Assembly (NCBI RefSeq): GCF_004010195.1 | Contig: NC_057728.1 | Span: 40,194,918 to 40,258,917, forward strand | Length of the DNA stretch: 64,000 nucleotides | Origin: Chiloscyllium plagiosum | Lineage: Eukaryota | Direction of reading: 5' to 3' | Part shown: in pieces, positions 11,867 through 24,795 of the stretch | How the letters are laid out: every line of letters starts with the position of its first letter | Numbering within the stretch: the first letter of the stretch is position 1 | Notes under the pieces: model-generated | Told to the model about the DNA's origin: nothing | The model's input: only the letters and a program-made list of their open reading frames with translations | Databases searched by the model: none | Program-made: the position numbers and the translations under genes

Positions 11867-14800
11867 AGGTCAGGCAGGATCTGAGGAGCAGGAGATTTGG
11901 CATTTCGGGCTGGAGTCCTTCGTCAGAAATGAGGTTGGGAGCCTTGGGGTGGAGAGATAAATGGGAGGGGGATGGGGCTGGGGAGAATGTAGCTAAGAGT
12001 GCAATAGGAAGATGGAGGTGGGTATAAAGGTGATAGGTCAAGAGGAGGGTGGAGCATATAGGTGGGAAGGAAGATTGAAAAGGTGGGACTGGTCATGAGG
12101 ACAGTGCTGAGCTGGAAGGTTGGAAATGGGGTAAGGTGGGGGGAGGGGAAATGAGGAAACTGGTGAAGTCCACATTGATGCCCTACGGTTGAACGGTCCC
12201 GAGGTGGAAGATATGCCGTTCTTCCTCCCGGCATCGGGTGGTGAGGGAGTGGCGATGGAAGATGCCCAGCATCTGCATGTCCTCAGCAGAGTGGGAGGGG
12301 GAGTTGAAATGTTCAGCCACGGCGCGGTGGGGTTGCTTGGTGCGCGTGTCCCGGAGATGTCCTCTAAAGCTCTCTACATCCAGTCTCCCACTGTAGAGGA
12401 GACTGCATCGGGAGCAATGGATACAATAAATGACATGTGAGGAAGTGCAGGTGAAACTTTGATGGATGTGGAAGGCTCCTTTGGGGCCTTGGATGGAGTG
12501 GTGAGAGAGATGCGGGCGCAGGTTTTGCAATTCCTGCGGTGGCAGGGGAAGGAGCCAGGAGGGGAGGGCAGCTTGTTGGGGGGGCATGGACCTGACCAAG
12601 TAGTTACTGAGGGAACGGTCTTTGTGGAAAGCAGATAGGGATGGGGAGGGAACTATATCCCTGGTGGTGGTGTCCATTTGTCAGTGGCAGAAATGTCAGT
12701 GGATGATGTGATTTATGTGGAGGTACTGCATCGGGAGCAATGGATACAATAAATGACATGTGAGGAAGTGCAGGTGAAACTTTGATGGATGTGGAAGGCT
12801 CCTTTGGGGCCTTGGATGGAGGTGAGGGGGGAGGTGTGGGCGCAGGTTTTGCAATTCGTGTGGTGGCAGGTGAAGGTGCCAGGAGGGAGGGTGGCTTGTT
12901 ATGGGGCGTGGACCTGACCAGGTAGTCATGAAGGGAACGGTCTTTGCGGAAGGAGGATAAGGGTGGGGAGGGAAATATATCCCTGATGGTGGGGTCTGTT
13001 TGGAGGTGGCAGAAATGTCGGTGGATGATGCAGTTTATGCAAAGGTTGGTGGGGTGGAAGGTGAGCACCAGGGTGTTCTGTCTATGTATGCAGTTGGAGG
13101 GGTGGGGTTCGAGAGCGGAGATAAGTGATGTGGAGTGATATGCATTGGAGGGCATCTTCAATCACGTGGAAGGGGAAATTGCGGTCTTTAAAGAAGGAGG
13201 CCATCTGATGTATTCTGTGTTGGAACTGGTCCTCCTGGGAGCAGATATGACGGAGGCGGAGGAGTTGGGAATACGGGATAACATTTTTGCAGGAGGTTTA
13301 ATCCAGGTAGCTGTGGGCGTCAGTGGATTTGTAAAAACTGTCAATGTTGAGTTGATCCTCATGGATGGAGATGGAAAGGTCTAGGAAGGGAAGGGAGGTA
13401 TCAAAGATGGTCCAGGCAAATTTGAGCTCGAGGTGGAATGTTTGTGAAATTGATGAATTTTGTGGGAATACGAGGTGGTGCCGATGCAGTCATCAATGTA
13501 GCAGAGAAAAATGTGGGGAGTTGTGCCGGTGTAACTCCAGAAGATGGACTGTTCTACATAACCGATAAAGAGACAGGCATAGCTGGGGCTCATGCGGGTG
13601 CCCATGGTTACCCCTTTCATCTGGAGGAATTGGGAAGATTAAAATGAGAAATTGTTGAAGGTGCGGACCTGTTCAGCCAAACGAATAAGGGTGTTAGTGG
13701 AAGGGTACTGGTGTGGACGTTGGGAGAGGAAGAAACGGAGGGCTTGGAGGCCCTGATCATGGCGGATGGAGGTGTATAGGGACTGGATGTCCATGATGAA
13801 GATGAGGTGTTGGGATCCAGGGAAATGGAAGTCTTAGAGGAGGTGGAGAACGTGGGTCGTGTCCTGAACGTAAGTGGGGAGTTCCTGAACTGGGGGGAAA
13901 AGACAGTATAGAAGTAGGTGGAGATGAGTTTGGTTGGGCAGAAGCAGGCTGAGACGGTAGGTTGCCGATGAAGTCAGGCTTGTGGATCTTGGATAGGCAT
14001 TCGAACTGGGCAGTGCGGGGTTCCCGAACTATGAGGTTGGAAGCTGTGGGTGGGAGATCCCCTGAAGTGAGGTTGTGCATGGTCTGGGAGATGATGGTTT
14101 GGTGATGGGAGGTGAGGTCATGGTCGAGGGGGTGGTAAGAGCAGGTGTCTTTGAGTTGGCACCTGGCTTCAGTGGTGTAGAGGTCAGTGCGCCAAACTAC
14201 CACTGCACCCACTTTGTCCACTCATTTGATGGTGAGGTTGGCGTTGGGGTTGGAGTGGAGGGAGTGGAGGGCTGAGCATTGTGAGGGTGAGGTTGGAGTG
14301 GGGGAGGTGGTTGGATGGGTTGAGGTGTTCGATGTCACAGCGGCAGTTTGAAATGAAGAGGTCAAGGTCAGGTAGCAGGCCAGCACGGGGTGTCCAGGTG
14401 GATGGGGTGTGTTGGAGGCAGGAGATGTGGTCCTCACTGGGTTGGTGGGTACCTTGGTTAAAAAAGGAGGCATGGAAGTGGAGGTGGCGGAAGAAACATT
14501 CACGGTCTCAGCGTGTGTCAAACTCATTAAGCTGGGTCCGTAGAGGGATAAACGTGAGGCCTTTACTGAGGACTAAACGTTTGTCCTCAGTGACGGAGAG
14601 GTCTGGGGGAAATGGTGAAGGCACTGCAGGGATGGGAGCTAGGACCTGGAGTGGGGCTGGAGTTCGAGGTGGGATAGAAGCTAGGACCTGGAGTGGGGCT
14701 GGAATTCGAGGTGGGATAGAAGCTAGGACCTGGAGTGGGGTTGGAATTCAAGGTGGGATAGAAGCTAGGACCTGGAGTGGGGCTGAAGTTTGAGGTGGGG

Positions 14801-15024
14801 GTGGAGACAGTGGCAAGAGTGGTTATGGGGTCAGTAGTGACGTCCACAAAGGAGATGACACTTACCAAAGGGGTGGAATTGGTGATGATCGGCCTCATTC
14901 CCGATGAAGGGCTCTGGCCCGAAATGTCGATTCTCTTGATCCTCAGATGCTGCCTGACCTGCTGTGCTTTTCCAGCAACACACACTCAACTCTGATCTGC
15001 AGCATCTGTTGACCTTACTTTCTT
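11867..15024 (-). mobile_element. Penelope-like element (Neptune-type RT + GIY-YIG endonuclease), decayed, with inverted terminal pLTR piece
   Basis: RT motifs KGVTMGTRMSPSYACLF and YIDDCIG; FTCTSSHVIYCIHCSRC..LY; VAEHFN; 15-bp TSD catatagatcacatc 11852-11866 / catatagattacgtc 15025-15039; pLTR 14893-15024 lies on + strand. Confidence 0.92.
14637..14798. repeat. 42-bp minisatellite, ~3.8 copies, inside the PLE
   Basis: agctaggacctggagtggggctggagttcgaggtgggataga starting at 14637, 14679, 14721, 14763. Confidence 0.95.
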
Positions 15025-16365
15025 CATATAGATTACGTCCACCGCTCTGCCGTCATCAATCCTCATTGTTACTTCAAGAAACACAATCAAGTTTGTGAGA
15101 CATGATTTCCCACGCCCAAAGCCATGTTAATTATCCCTAATCAATCCCTGCCTTTCCAAATACATGTACATCCTGCCCCTCAGGATTCCCTCCAACAACT
15201 TGCCCACCACCGATGTCAGGCTCACCGGTCTATCGTTCCCTGGCTTGTCCTTACCACCTTTCTGAAATAGTGACATCACGTTTGCCAACCTCCAGTCTTC
15301 CAGCACCTCACCTGTGACTATTGATTATACAAATATCTCAGCAAGAGGCCCAGCAATCATTTCCCTAGCTTCCTCCTGAGCTCTAGGGTACACCTGATCT
15401 GGTCCTGGGGATCTATCCACTTTTATGTTTTTCAAGACATCCAGCACTTCCTCCTCTGTAATATGAACATTTTCCAAGATGTCACCATCTATTTCCCTAC
15501 AGTCTATATCTTCCATGTCCTTTCCTACAGTAAACACTTATGCAAAATAATCATTTAGTATATCCCCCATCTCCTGCAGCTCCACACAAATGTCGCCTTG
15601 CTGATCTTTGAGGGGCCCTATTCTCTCCCTAGTTACCCTTTTATCTTTAATGTATTTGTAAAATCCTTTGGATTCTCCTTTAGCCAATGTGCCAAAGCTA
15701 TCTCATGACCCCTGTTTGCCCTCCTGATTTCCCTCTTAAGTATACTCCTACTGTCTTTATATGCTTCTAAGGATTCACTTGATCTATCTTGTCGATACCT
15801 GACATATGCTTCCTTCTTAATTCTTAACCAAACTCTCGATTTCTTTAGTCATCCAGCATTTCCCATACCTACCAGCCTTTCCTTTCACCCGAACAGGAAT
15901 GTACTGTCTCTGGACTCTCGTTACCCCATTTCTGAAGGCTTCCCATTTTCCAGCTGTCCCTTTACCTACAAATGTCTGTCTCCAATTAGCTTTTGAAAGT
16001 TCTTGCCTAATACCGTCAAAATTAGCCTTTCTCCAATTTAGAACTTCAACTTTTAGATCTGGTCTATCCTTTCCCATCACTATTTAAATCTAATAGAATT
16101 ATGGTCACTGGCCCCAAAGTGCTCCCCACTGACACCTCAGTCACCTGCCCTGCCTTACTTCCCAAGAGTAGGTCAAGTTTTTCACCTTCTCTAGTAGGTA
16201 CATCTACATACTGATTCAGAAAATTTTCTTGCACACATTTAACAAATTCCTCACCATCTAAACCCTTAACACTATGGCAGTCCCTGTCTATGTTTGGAAA
16301 GTTAAAATCCCTCACCATAGCCACCCTATTGTTCTTACAAATAACTGAGATCTCTTTACAAATTT

Positions 16366-16683
16366 AGATTAGATTAGATTAGATTACTTACAGTGTGGAA
16401 ACAGGCCCTTCGGCCCAACAAGTCCACACCGACCCGCAACCCACCCATACCCCTACATTTACCCCTTTAACCTAACACTATGGGCAATTTAGCATGGCCA
16501 ATTCACCTGACCCGCACATCTTTGTGACTGTGGGAGGAAACCGGAGCACCCGGAGGAAACCCACGCAGACACGGGGAGAATGTGCAAACTCCACACAGTC
16601 AGTCGCCTGAGTCGGGAATTGAACCCGGGTCTCTGGCGCTGTGAGGCAGCAGTGCTAACCACTGTGACACCGTGCCGCCCACC
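16366..16683 (-). mobile_element. HE1-type V-SINE (elasmobranch)
   Basis: tRNA head, V-domain 'gtggagtttgcacattctccccgtgtctgcgtgggtttcctccgggtgctccggtttcctcccacagtc', (ATCTA)n tail. Confidence 0.93.
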
Positions 16684-19600
16684 ATTTATTTCTCAATTTC
16701 CCGCTGACTATTAAGGGGTCAATAATACAATAATAATAATAAAGGTGATCATCCCTTTCTTATTTCTTAGTTCAACTCAAATAACTTCCCTGGATGTATT
16801 TCTGGAAATACCCTCCCTCAGTACAGCTATAATGCTATCCCTTATCAAAAACGCCACTCCCCTCTTCTCTTGCCTCCCTTTCTGTTCTTCCTGTAGCATT
16901 TGTATCCTGGAACATTAAGCTGCCAGTCCTGTCCATCCCTGAGTCATGTTTCGGTAATTGCTATGATATCCCAGTCTCATGTTCCTAACCATGCCCTGAG
17001 TTCATCTGCCTTCCCTGTTAGGACCCTTGCATTGAAATAAGTGCAGTTTAATTTATCAGTCCGACCTTGTTCTCTGCTTTATCCCTGTCTGTCCTGACTG
17101 TTTGACTCACTTCTGTTCTCAACTGTACCAGTCTTAGATTGATTTCTTTCTTCACTATCGCCCTGGGTCCCACCCTCCCACCTTACTAGTTTAAATCCTC
17201 CTGAGCAGCTCTAGCAAATCTCTCTGCCAGTATATTAGTCCCCTTTCAATTCAGGTGCAATCTGTCCCTCTTGTACAGGTCACTTCTACCCCAGAAGAGA
17301 TTGCAATGATCCAAAAATGTGAATCCTTCTCCCTTACACCAGCTCCTCAGCCATGCATTCATCTGCTCTATCCTCCTATTCCCACCTCACTAGCTCGCAG
17401 CACTGGGTGTAATCCAGATATTACTACTCGCAAGGATCTCCTTTTAAAATTTCTGCCTAACTCTCTGTATTCTCCCTTCAGAATCTCAACCTTTTCCCTT
17501 CCTATGTCATTGGTTCCAATGTGTACAATGAGCTCCTGCTAGACCCTCTCCCCCTTGAGAACATTCTGCACCCTCTCTGAGACATCCTTGATCCTGGCAC
17601 CAGGGAGGCAACACACCATTCTGATTTTCATTGCTGGCCACAGAAATGTCTGTCTGTGCCTCAGACTAGAGAGTCCCCTAATACAATTGATCTCTTGGAA
17701 CCCTATGTAACTCTCATTGCGTTAGAGTCAGTCTCGATATTAGAAATTTGGCTGTTTGTGCTACATTCCCCTGAGAATCCATTACCCCTTACATTTTCCA
17801 AAACAGTATACTTGTTTGAAATGGGGATAGCCACAGAAGACTATTTAGTTGCCTATTTAACAAATTTACTGTACTGAATCTGGGGCTTCCCAAAAAACTC
17901 TCAGTAAGTGCTATAAATTATCCATTATGAGGTAACTGTGATTGCGTACCACCACCCTCTCCCCTTTAAAATCAGCACTCACCAGTGACAGACACCTATT
18001 GACCATTGACACTACAATGCACACTTGCTTCATTGGGAAGAAGGATGTCTTCCAGACGGTTGCTGGTGTCAGCAGTGACCTGTTGTGAGAATCTGAGACT
18101 CCTAAGGAGGTAGTGCTCAGACATGTTGGGAAAACTAATTTTCTATCTGTACCTTCCATTTGGAAGTCTGTCTCTCTCCTTTCTTCCAAGGGGCATGTGA
18201 CCTAGGGGAAAGCTATGTTGCTTGTGTATCTCTGCAACTGCAGTTGCTGTTTGTGATGATGTGGTTTCTGCTCTTGCTTCTGACTGGAGGTGAAGATGGA
18301 GTTGAATGAGTTGCTCCATTGCCCAAGTGATCATGAGCAAGAGAAATGTGGAGCTGGAGGTGAGTGATGCTGGAAAGATGAGTTGTCAGTTACCTGTCAA
18401 GCAGATAGATATCTCTCTGACAGACCAAGTCTTTGAACAGCAGCCTCCCACCTGGCCATAACTTGAGGTCTTCAATTTCACTTATCAAAGCTTTAGTAGA
18501 TTGTCAGTTTCACTGAAGAAGCACGTCCTACTATTCACTTTACTTGGTTAACTTGGAAAATTGCCCCAGGTTAGAAATAAGCATCCTGGCTCAGTTAAAA
18601 TGGAGTTAAGTTTTTACTGTAACATTGAAATGACTTAATCTGCATGGGGTTCCTGCTTATCATTAGGCTTGGCCAGGTGAAAGCTGAAATGGGAGGGTTG
18701 AAATCAGATTCCCAACTCGTTGTCATTTTTAAGTGGTATAACTCACAGCATGCATCCAGATCTATAATTTCTCACTTGAGTGTGTTGCCTACTGCTGGCC
18801 TCAGTGAGGAATCTGCAATCAAGTTGACTGAAGAGATTTAATGTTGCCTGCTCCATTTATTGATGCCAAAGATACTCTGTATGAAATTCTGGACTGGGTT
18901 AAACCACAGGGTGATAGCAGATTTATGTTCAGAAACCCACACTAACTCTGAGTGCCTGACAGTATAGTGTACAAGCACTAATCCTTTGCTGTTGACTATA
19001 ACTCAGGCCAATATTGTTGTTAGCTGAGTTATAGAAACTGAACTTCAAATCCATTCATTGATTTGAATTTATCAGTTGCTGAAAATTGACCACACTTATG
19101 GCCACACTTGGTTAGTGCATTACATTTTTAGAAATATCTCAAATTGGTAATTCAAGTTTAAAAAGCATTTATTTACAGATTAATTTATTAGAATCTACAT
19201 ACAAAAGGCTCAGATCTTTAAAAAAATACAAATTTTAATTATATCACAGGCGCATGCAGGCACTTAAATTTCTTTACCTAAACAATAGGCACGAAATTTA
19301 GCCAGTAAATGTTTGCTGGGTTTTAAATGTTAATGATGTCAAGGAAAATCAGCAATTTCAAGTCACTATTTTGAAGGCAGCAATTTAAATATCTTCACAT
19401 TTTAAATCAGCTGAATTAGTGATTTTTCATTTGATTTGACTACGGTGATAATTGATTTCTCAGGATGAAATGTCAAGAACTACTTTTATCAATATGTGTA
19501 TTAAAAAGTCTCCTATTAAATCATTCCTATATGTCCAGACTGCAGAGAAGATCCACAATAGTGTTTATGGTCCTCTCAGACTGAGAATTACATGTGAACT

Positions 19601-20316
19601 ATATTCTTATTGATAAGGTGACCAAGGGTCCATTCAACACCATTATTCTAATATCAGTTCAGGAAATCTGCAACCATCACTCACCGGAATGAGGACTGAT
19701 TCAATAATAATCAATATTCCACATTTTCACTGAGCATATTGGCACTGAACCCATATTTATATAGATGTGTAAGTAACAGTGTAACTCACTTACACTATGG
19801 TTGCCTGGGAATTTAATGCTGGAAAATGGGCACAACATGGTCAATAAAAATAACAGTGTCACAAGATCAAGAAATTCAAGGCCTATCTGCATATTTTATC
19901 AAGGTAATATTTTGAACTATTTAGAGTATGGCAATTTATATTTACTTCAACTAAGTATCATGGATACACCTTTAATATGAGCCCAGACAATAACACAGCT
20001 CTTGTATGTATTTCTATTATACACAAACCTGCTCCTGAGGTTATCACCATCTTGATCAAGAAGGTGTCAATAGTTGTATGATTTTCTGCACAGTCAAACT
20101 GAAAGTTGATTCTGTGATAATATTTGCATATTATTTTAAGTATAGGAAAATTGTACCTATTTTTAACCATGTAAAAATGTAAGGATTGCAAAAAAAAAAG
20201 CCCTATAAACATTTGCATGTGATTTTGAGATGTGGGGCCACAATGTTGCTCAATGATCAAAGATGCTTCCAATGAAAGTACCTTCAATTCATACATATAA
20301 AGTGATCAAGGATTTG

Positions 20317-21030
20317 AATAGAATAGAATAAAATAGCCTTTATTGTCACATATACTCAATGAGTATACTTAAAAATTTAAATGTCGCCAATTACAGTGCT
20401 GATTTAGGTACCTAGGCATAACTTCTTTAGTCACAAGATTTAGATGATACAGAAATAAATTGTCCAGCATCACAGAAGTACAAGTTCAGTACAGCAAACC
20501 ACGCTGGCGCCTAGATTCCAGTCCACACCGATGACACGCCATACCGGTAGGCTGTTGCAGCAGGCTGGGAGGTCACTATGCCATGCTGGGAGGTCACCAT
20601 GCCATACTGGGAGGTCACCACGCCATACTGGGAGGCCTCTATGGGAGGGGGCTGCTGCACCAGGCTGAGAGGCACTCTGGGAGGTTACCACTCCATGCCG
20701 GGAGGCCCCTATGGAAAAGACCATTGCACCAGGCTGGGCGGTCACCACGCCAACCTGCGGAGGCTGTTGCACCATGTTGGGAGGCTACTCCGGGAGGCCA
20801 CTATGCTACGCTGGGAGAAACCCACACCTGGACTGCTTCGGCGGAGGCTGGGAGGTCGCTATGGGAAGCCACTGACCCAGAGGAAGTGGAGAATTGTCGC
20901 TGGAGGCCGGGATTCGAAGAGAAACAAAAAGAGAAAAATGGCACTAGCAGAAAGAGAAAGGGAAGAAAAAGTGGTGGAGCAGTTGAGCTTTGGCTGAAGC
21001 ATCTCACTCTGCTGAAATCTTCTTGGAAGC
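20317..21030 (-). mobile_element. Non-autonomous retroelement with internal 21-bp tandem repeats
   Basis: (GAATA)n plus 'tttattgtcac' tail at left; repeat unit ~gccatgctgggaggtcaccat from ~20539-20870. Confidence 0.55.
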
Positions 21031-21149
21031 ACTTTACAATTGGGTGCTCCTTGCTTCTAACACTCAATGCTATTTTGGATGTGCGTCCCATTTAAGGCCC
21101 TGATCATTTTCATCCTCAGAAGATTGCTATTGCTCTATGTCTCCCTTTG

Positions 21150-21570
21150 GTCAGCTCCAGTTGTGATGGGCATGCCACAATGATGTATAAACACTTCCTG
21201 GGCTGTACTGAAAGGCTTTGTAGATTTGTTGAAAAATGAGATCTCTTCTTAAGGAGATCTATGGATATGATGGAAGCATAAGTAGCTTTCCACCTTTGTT
21301 ATGAGCCATGCTTAGAGGAAGTAGCCCTTTTTCCAAGCGACCTTCCCTGTACAGTCTGAGGACCTTGGAAAGAGGCAGAACCTGTGATTACTCTTGCATG
21401 TAAGCATCATGTCAGCTCCCAAAATATCTGGCAGGGATCTCCAAAATCTGGCATTAATGCCACAGTTCAGTTTAACATTCATAGTGTGGAGGCCATTTCT
21501 CATAACGAACTCTGCAAATTGGAGATAGGGCACTCTCAATGTAGGTGCAGTTCATAGTGCCGTGCACTTG
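21150..21570 (-). mobile_element. PIF/Harbinger transposase relic (HARBI1-like DDE)
   Basis: Across frames: GTMNCTYI (~GAIDCTHI), MRNGLHTMNVKLNC (~NRKGxHSxNVQxVC), KGYFL (~GDxGYPL), FQYSP. Confidence 0.7.
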
Positions 21571-22439
21571 TACTTCTCATCTCTCAAACCCTTTCCCCTC
21601 TCTAATAAGTTTAAAAACCTCTCTAACGACCATACTGAATTGAAATTTGATGCCAGATGAATGGTACTACTGAATCAGTGGATACATAATTAATGCAAAA
21701 TCCCTCAGGGAAACCTCAAATTCATTCAAATTTACTCCATTCTTGAAGAGAAAAGCAATAACTTACTTTGACCATTCTGCATGCAAAGATAGCCATTTTG
21801 CTTCATCTTTTTGGAGCACATTGTCCCCGGCCTAATGTTCCAACATAGCTGTAACACGCACCACAAATCCTCACATGATCTTAGCAATAGCTATGCTTTT
21901 AAAAAAGCAGACAGTAACAATAAATGGATAAGAATATATGTCCAAGAGTTTAACCTAGGTCTTCTGTCATTCACACTATTGCTATACTACATGGGTAAGG
22001 TATTTCTAGTAAGATTACTAGATTACACTGCTTGCATTTACCTAATGTGTTTAATTTAGTGCAAGTTGTTTCCCAAGACACAATCAAAGTATGGATGCCA
22101 AGTCAAAAAAGGAAACATTAAATGGGGTGCCCAGAGGCTTAGTCAAGACTACAGAGAATCTTAAAGAAAATGAGGAGGGAGTAATTAGGAAAGGACATTC
22201 ATTAAACAAATCTAATAAATGAAGACAAAAGCAAGGTGTAAATAAGATTATAAGAATTATCAGGATCTTCAAGGTCACAGAGTTTTATTGAACTGGGCCA
22301 ATTCTACACTCTTGTCCTACCTTTGTGAGGCTACTCATAAGTGGTACAATTACTTGAAGGATCAATAGTTTAGTTTTTGAAGAACTATATCACAAGCAAC
22401 AGATCATGCTATGAGCATCCTGGAGTTCTTTTTTATTCT

Positions 22440-22760
22440 TTAACAGGGTGAGGGTGTCACCGGCTAGGCAGAATTTATTGCCCAGAGGGCAGTTGATAAT
22501 CAATCACTTTGTTGTGGATCTGGAGTTAAATGTAGGCCAGGTAAGGATGGCAGTTTCCTTCTGTAAAAGACATTAGTGAACCAGATGGGCTCTTCTGACA
22601 ACTAGCAATGGATTTATAGAAGTCATTAGATTCCTAATCCCAGATATTTATTGAATTTAAATTTAATCATTTACCATAGTGGAAGTTGAACCCAGGTCCC
22701 TAGAACATCATCTGGGTCACTAGATTAATAGTTGCAGGACAATACCTCTCGGCCATCATC
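22440..22760 (-). mobile_element. tRNA-derived SINE, same family as 2655
   Basis: Shared core 'aaggatggcagtttcctt...gacattagtgaaccagatggg'. Confidence 0.7.
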
Positions 22761-23084
22761 TCTTCTACTATTGAGCAGTATTACTACTGAATCTATACAT
22801 GTTTGTAAGATCTTTATTTAAATTTATTGTGCTTTTGATTTAAGTGTTAATCAGACTATCCTGCATTCTACTGATGATAGATTGCTTTTTTTTAGTAACA
22901 GGCAAAAGCTAAGGGTTAATCAGGTACGTATAAGTTAACACAAAACATCACAAATCTGTTGGGAAGAGCTGTCATGCAGCAATCAGCCTGTTTCAGGGTG
23001 AAGTAACTGCTCTGTTAGAAGGTTATGAATTATTAATTTATGTTTCCTCTCCACAAATGTTGCCTGATAGAGACACAGAAACAG

Positions 23085-23880
23085 AAACTAGGAGCAGTAC
23101 CTGTTTGGCTCTTCAAGCCTCTTCCAACATTCTACATGATTACGGCTGATTCTCTATCACAATTCCTTAATCCCATTTTCTCCCCTTACCGCTTGATCCC
23201 TTTAAAATAAAAAAAATCTATCTCTTCCTTGAATATATTCAGTGACTTTGCCTCCATAGCCTTCTGCGGTGGAGAATTCCATAGTTTCACTTCCGTTTGA
23301 GCGAAGAAATATCTCCTCATGCTTGTCTTAAATGAACTACCCAGTATGCTGAGACTGTGTCTCGAGTTATAGACTTCCCAGCCAGAGAAAACAACTTTTC
23401 TTCATCCAGTCTGTCCAGCCTTGTTAGAATTTTGTATGTTTCAGTCAGATCTCTTAATGTCTCACTGCATCTGCCTGTTTACTTTCATTGACTGTTGTTC
23501 AACTACACCCAGATTAATCTGTACATCTACACTTCCCCAATACCTCAACACTTAAATAATTCTTTTTCTGTTTATCACACTTAATGTGGATAAATTCACA
23601 TTTATCCACAATGTACTGCTTTTGTCATGTATTTGCCTACTTGTTCAACTTGTCTAAATCACTCTGAAGTCTCCTTGCATCCTCCTTTAAAGCTCACAAT
23701 CCCAGCCAGGTGCTGTTAGCAAAATTGGAAAGTTTGCAGTTGATTCTCGCATCTGGGTCATTTATATATAATGTGAATAACTATGGACCCTGCACTGATA
23801 CCTGTGTTACCCCATTAATCAATGCCTGCAATCTGGAAGAAGATCAATTTTTTTCTCACTTTCTATTTCCTGATCTGAGC
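23085..23880 (-). mobile_element. Old CR1 3' fragment
   Basis: Degenerate CR1 tail and RT C-terminal motifs. Confidence 0.7.
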
Positions 23881-24795
23881 ATTTCCCCAGAATCTTCTGT
23901 TTGCACTGGTGGTATGTATTAACATCTCTATAATTAAGTAATAGAAAATTGTGTAGATTGATAGATAAAGGTAGTGAAAGAAATGTATAAAATGAGGCAT
24001 CATATAAAGTGGATTTGTCAAAGGCCTAAAACATTGAGCTCATATCTACATTATGTTTAGATCCCTGGCCAAATCATTAGGTGCAGTTGTAAAGTCTGAA
24101 TTTATGTTAAAGTATTGTGTAATATACAATGAATGTAATGACCCTGTAGTACTTGTTTCAATGACTAAAGACCTTATTGAAAACTTTACATCAATAACTT
24201 AATCTTCCAAGCACCACATGACACTAATGTCAAGATCTTCTCTCTAGTTTATTGTACTCCAGCCCTGTTAGGAGGTGGTTATGATAAAGCTTATATTAAG
24301 GAGGTTTGGAAGCCACCGGTATAACATAGAGTCATATAATCATACAGCACAAAACTGACTCTTCAGTCCAGCTTGTCCATGCTGACCAGGTTTCCCAAAC
24401 AAACTAGTCCCATATATCTGCATTTGGTCCCTATCCCTCTAAACATTTTCTGTTTTATGTACCTGCCCAAATGTCTTATAAATATGTTAACTGTAACTGC
24501 ATCTATCATTTCCTCTGGCAGTTCATTCCTTACAGGAATCACACATCATCAAATGCCAAATCACAACTCTTTGTCTTTAACTATTCTCAACTGGAATTTG
24601 AAATGAACACCTCCAGGAATTAAATGGTATATTGATTAAGATAGGCAACAGCATAAAGAAGCAACACATAGATCAAGAGATGAAACAGATTAAATTGAAA
24701 ACAAATCACACCGAGCATATTACTGATATCTATAGCCAGCATCAAAATAAAGATCTTGTTGACAATTACCTTCAGATATAGTTAGCAACTATATA

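Larger units (their letters stand above)
11735..17840 (-). mobile_element. CR1-type LINE (ORF1 end, endonuclease, RT), interrupted by a PLE and an HE1 SINE
   Basis: ORFs 15325-15537, 15817-16080, 16064-16324 are close paralogues of the + copy at 9161-11710; sequence resumes across both insertions. Confidence 0.9.

Noticed and set aside
17880..18830. Possible Harbinger accessory-ORF or subterminal relic
   Set aside because: Too decayed; no diagnostic motif or terminal inverted repeat identified
20470..21095. Overlapping 100-170 aa ORFs on both strands
   Set aside because: Arise from GC-rich 21-bp tandem repeats of a mobile element
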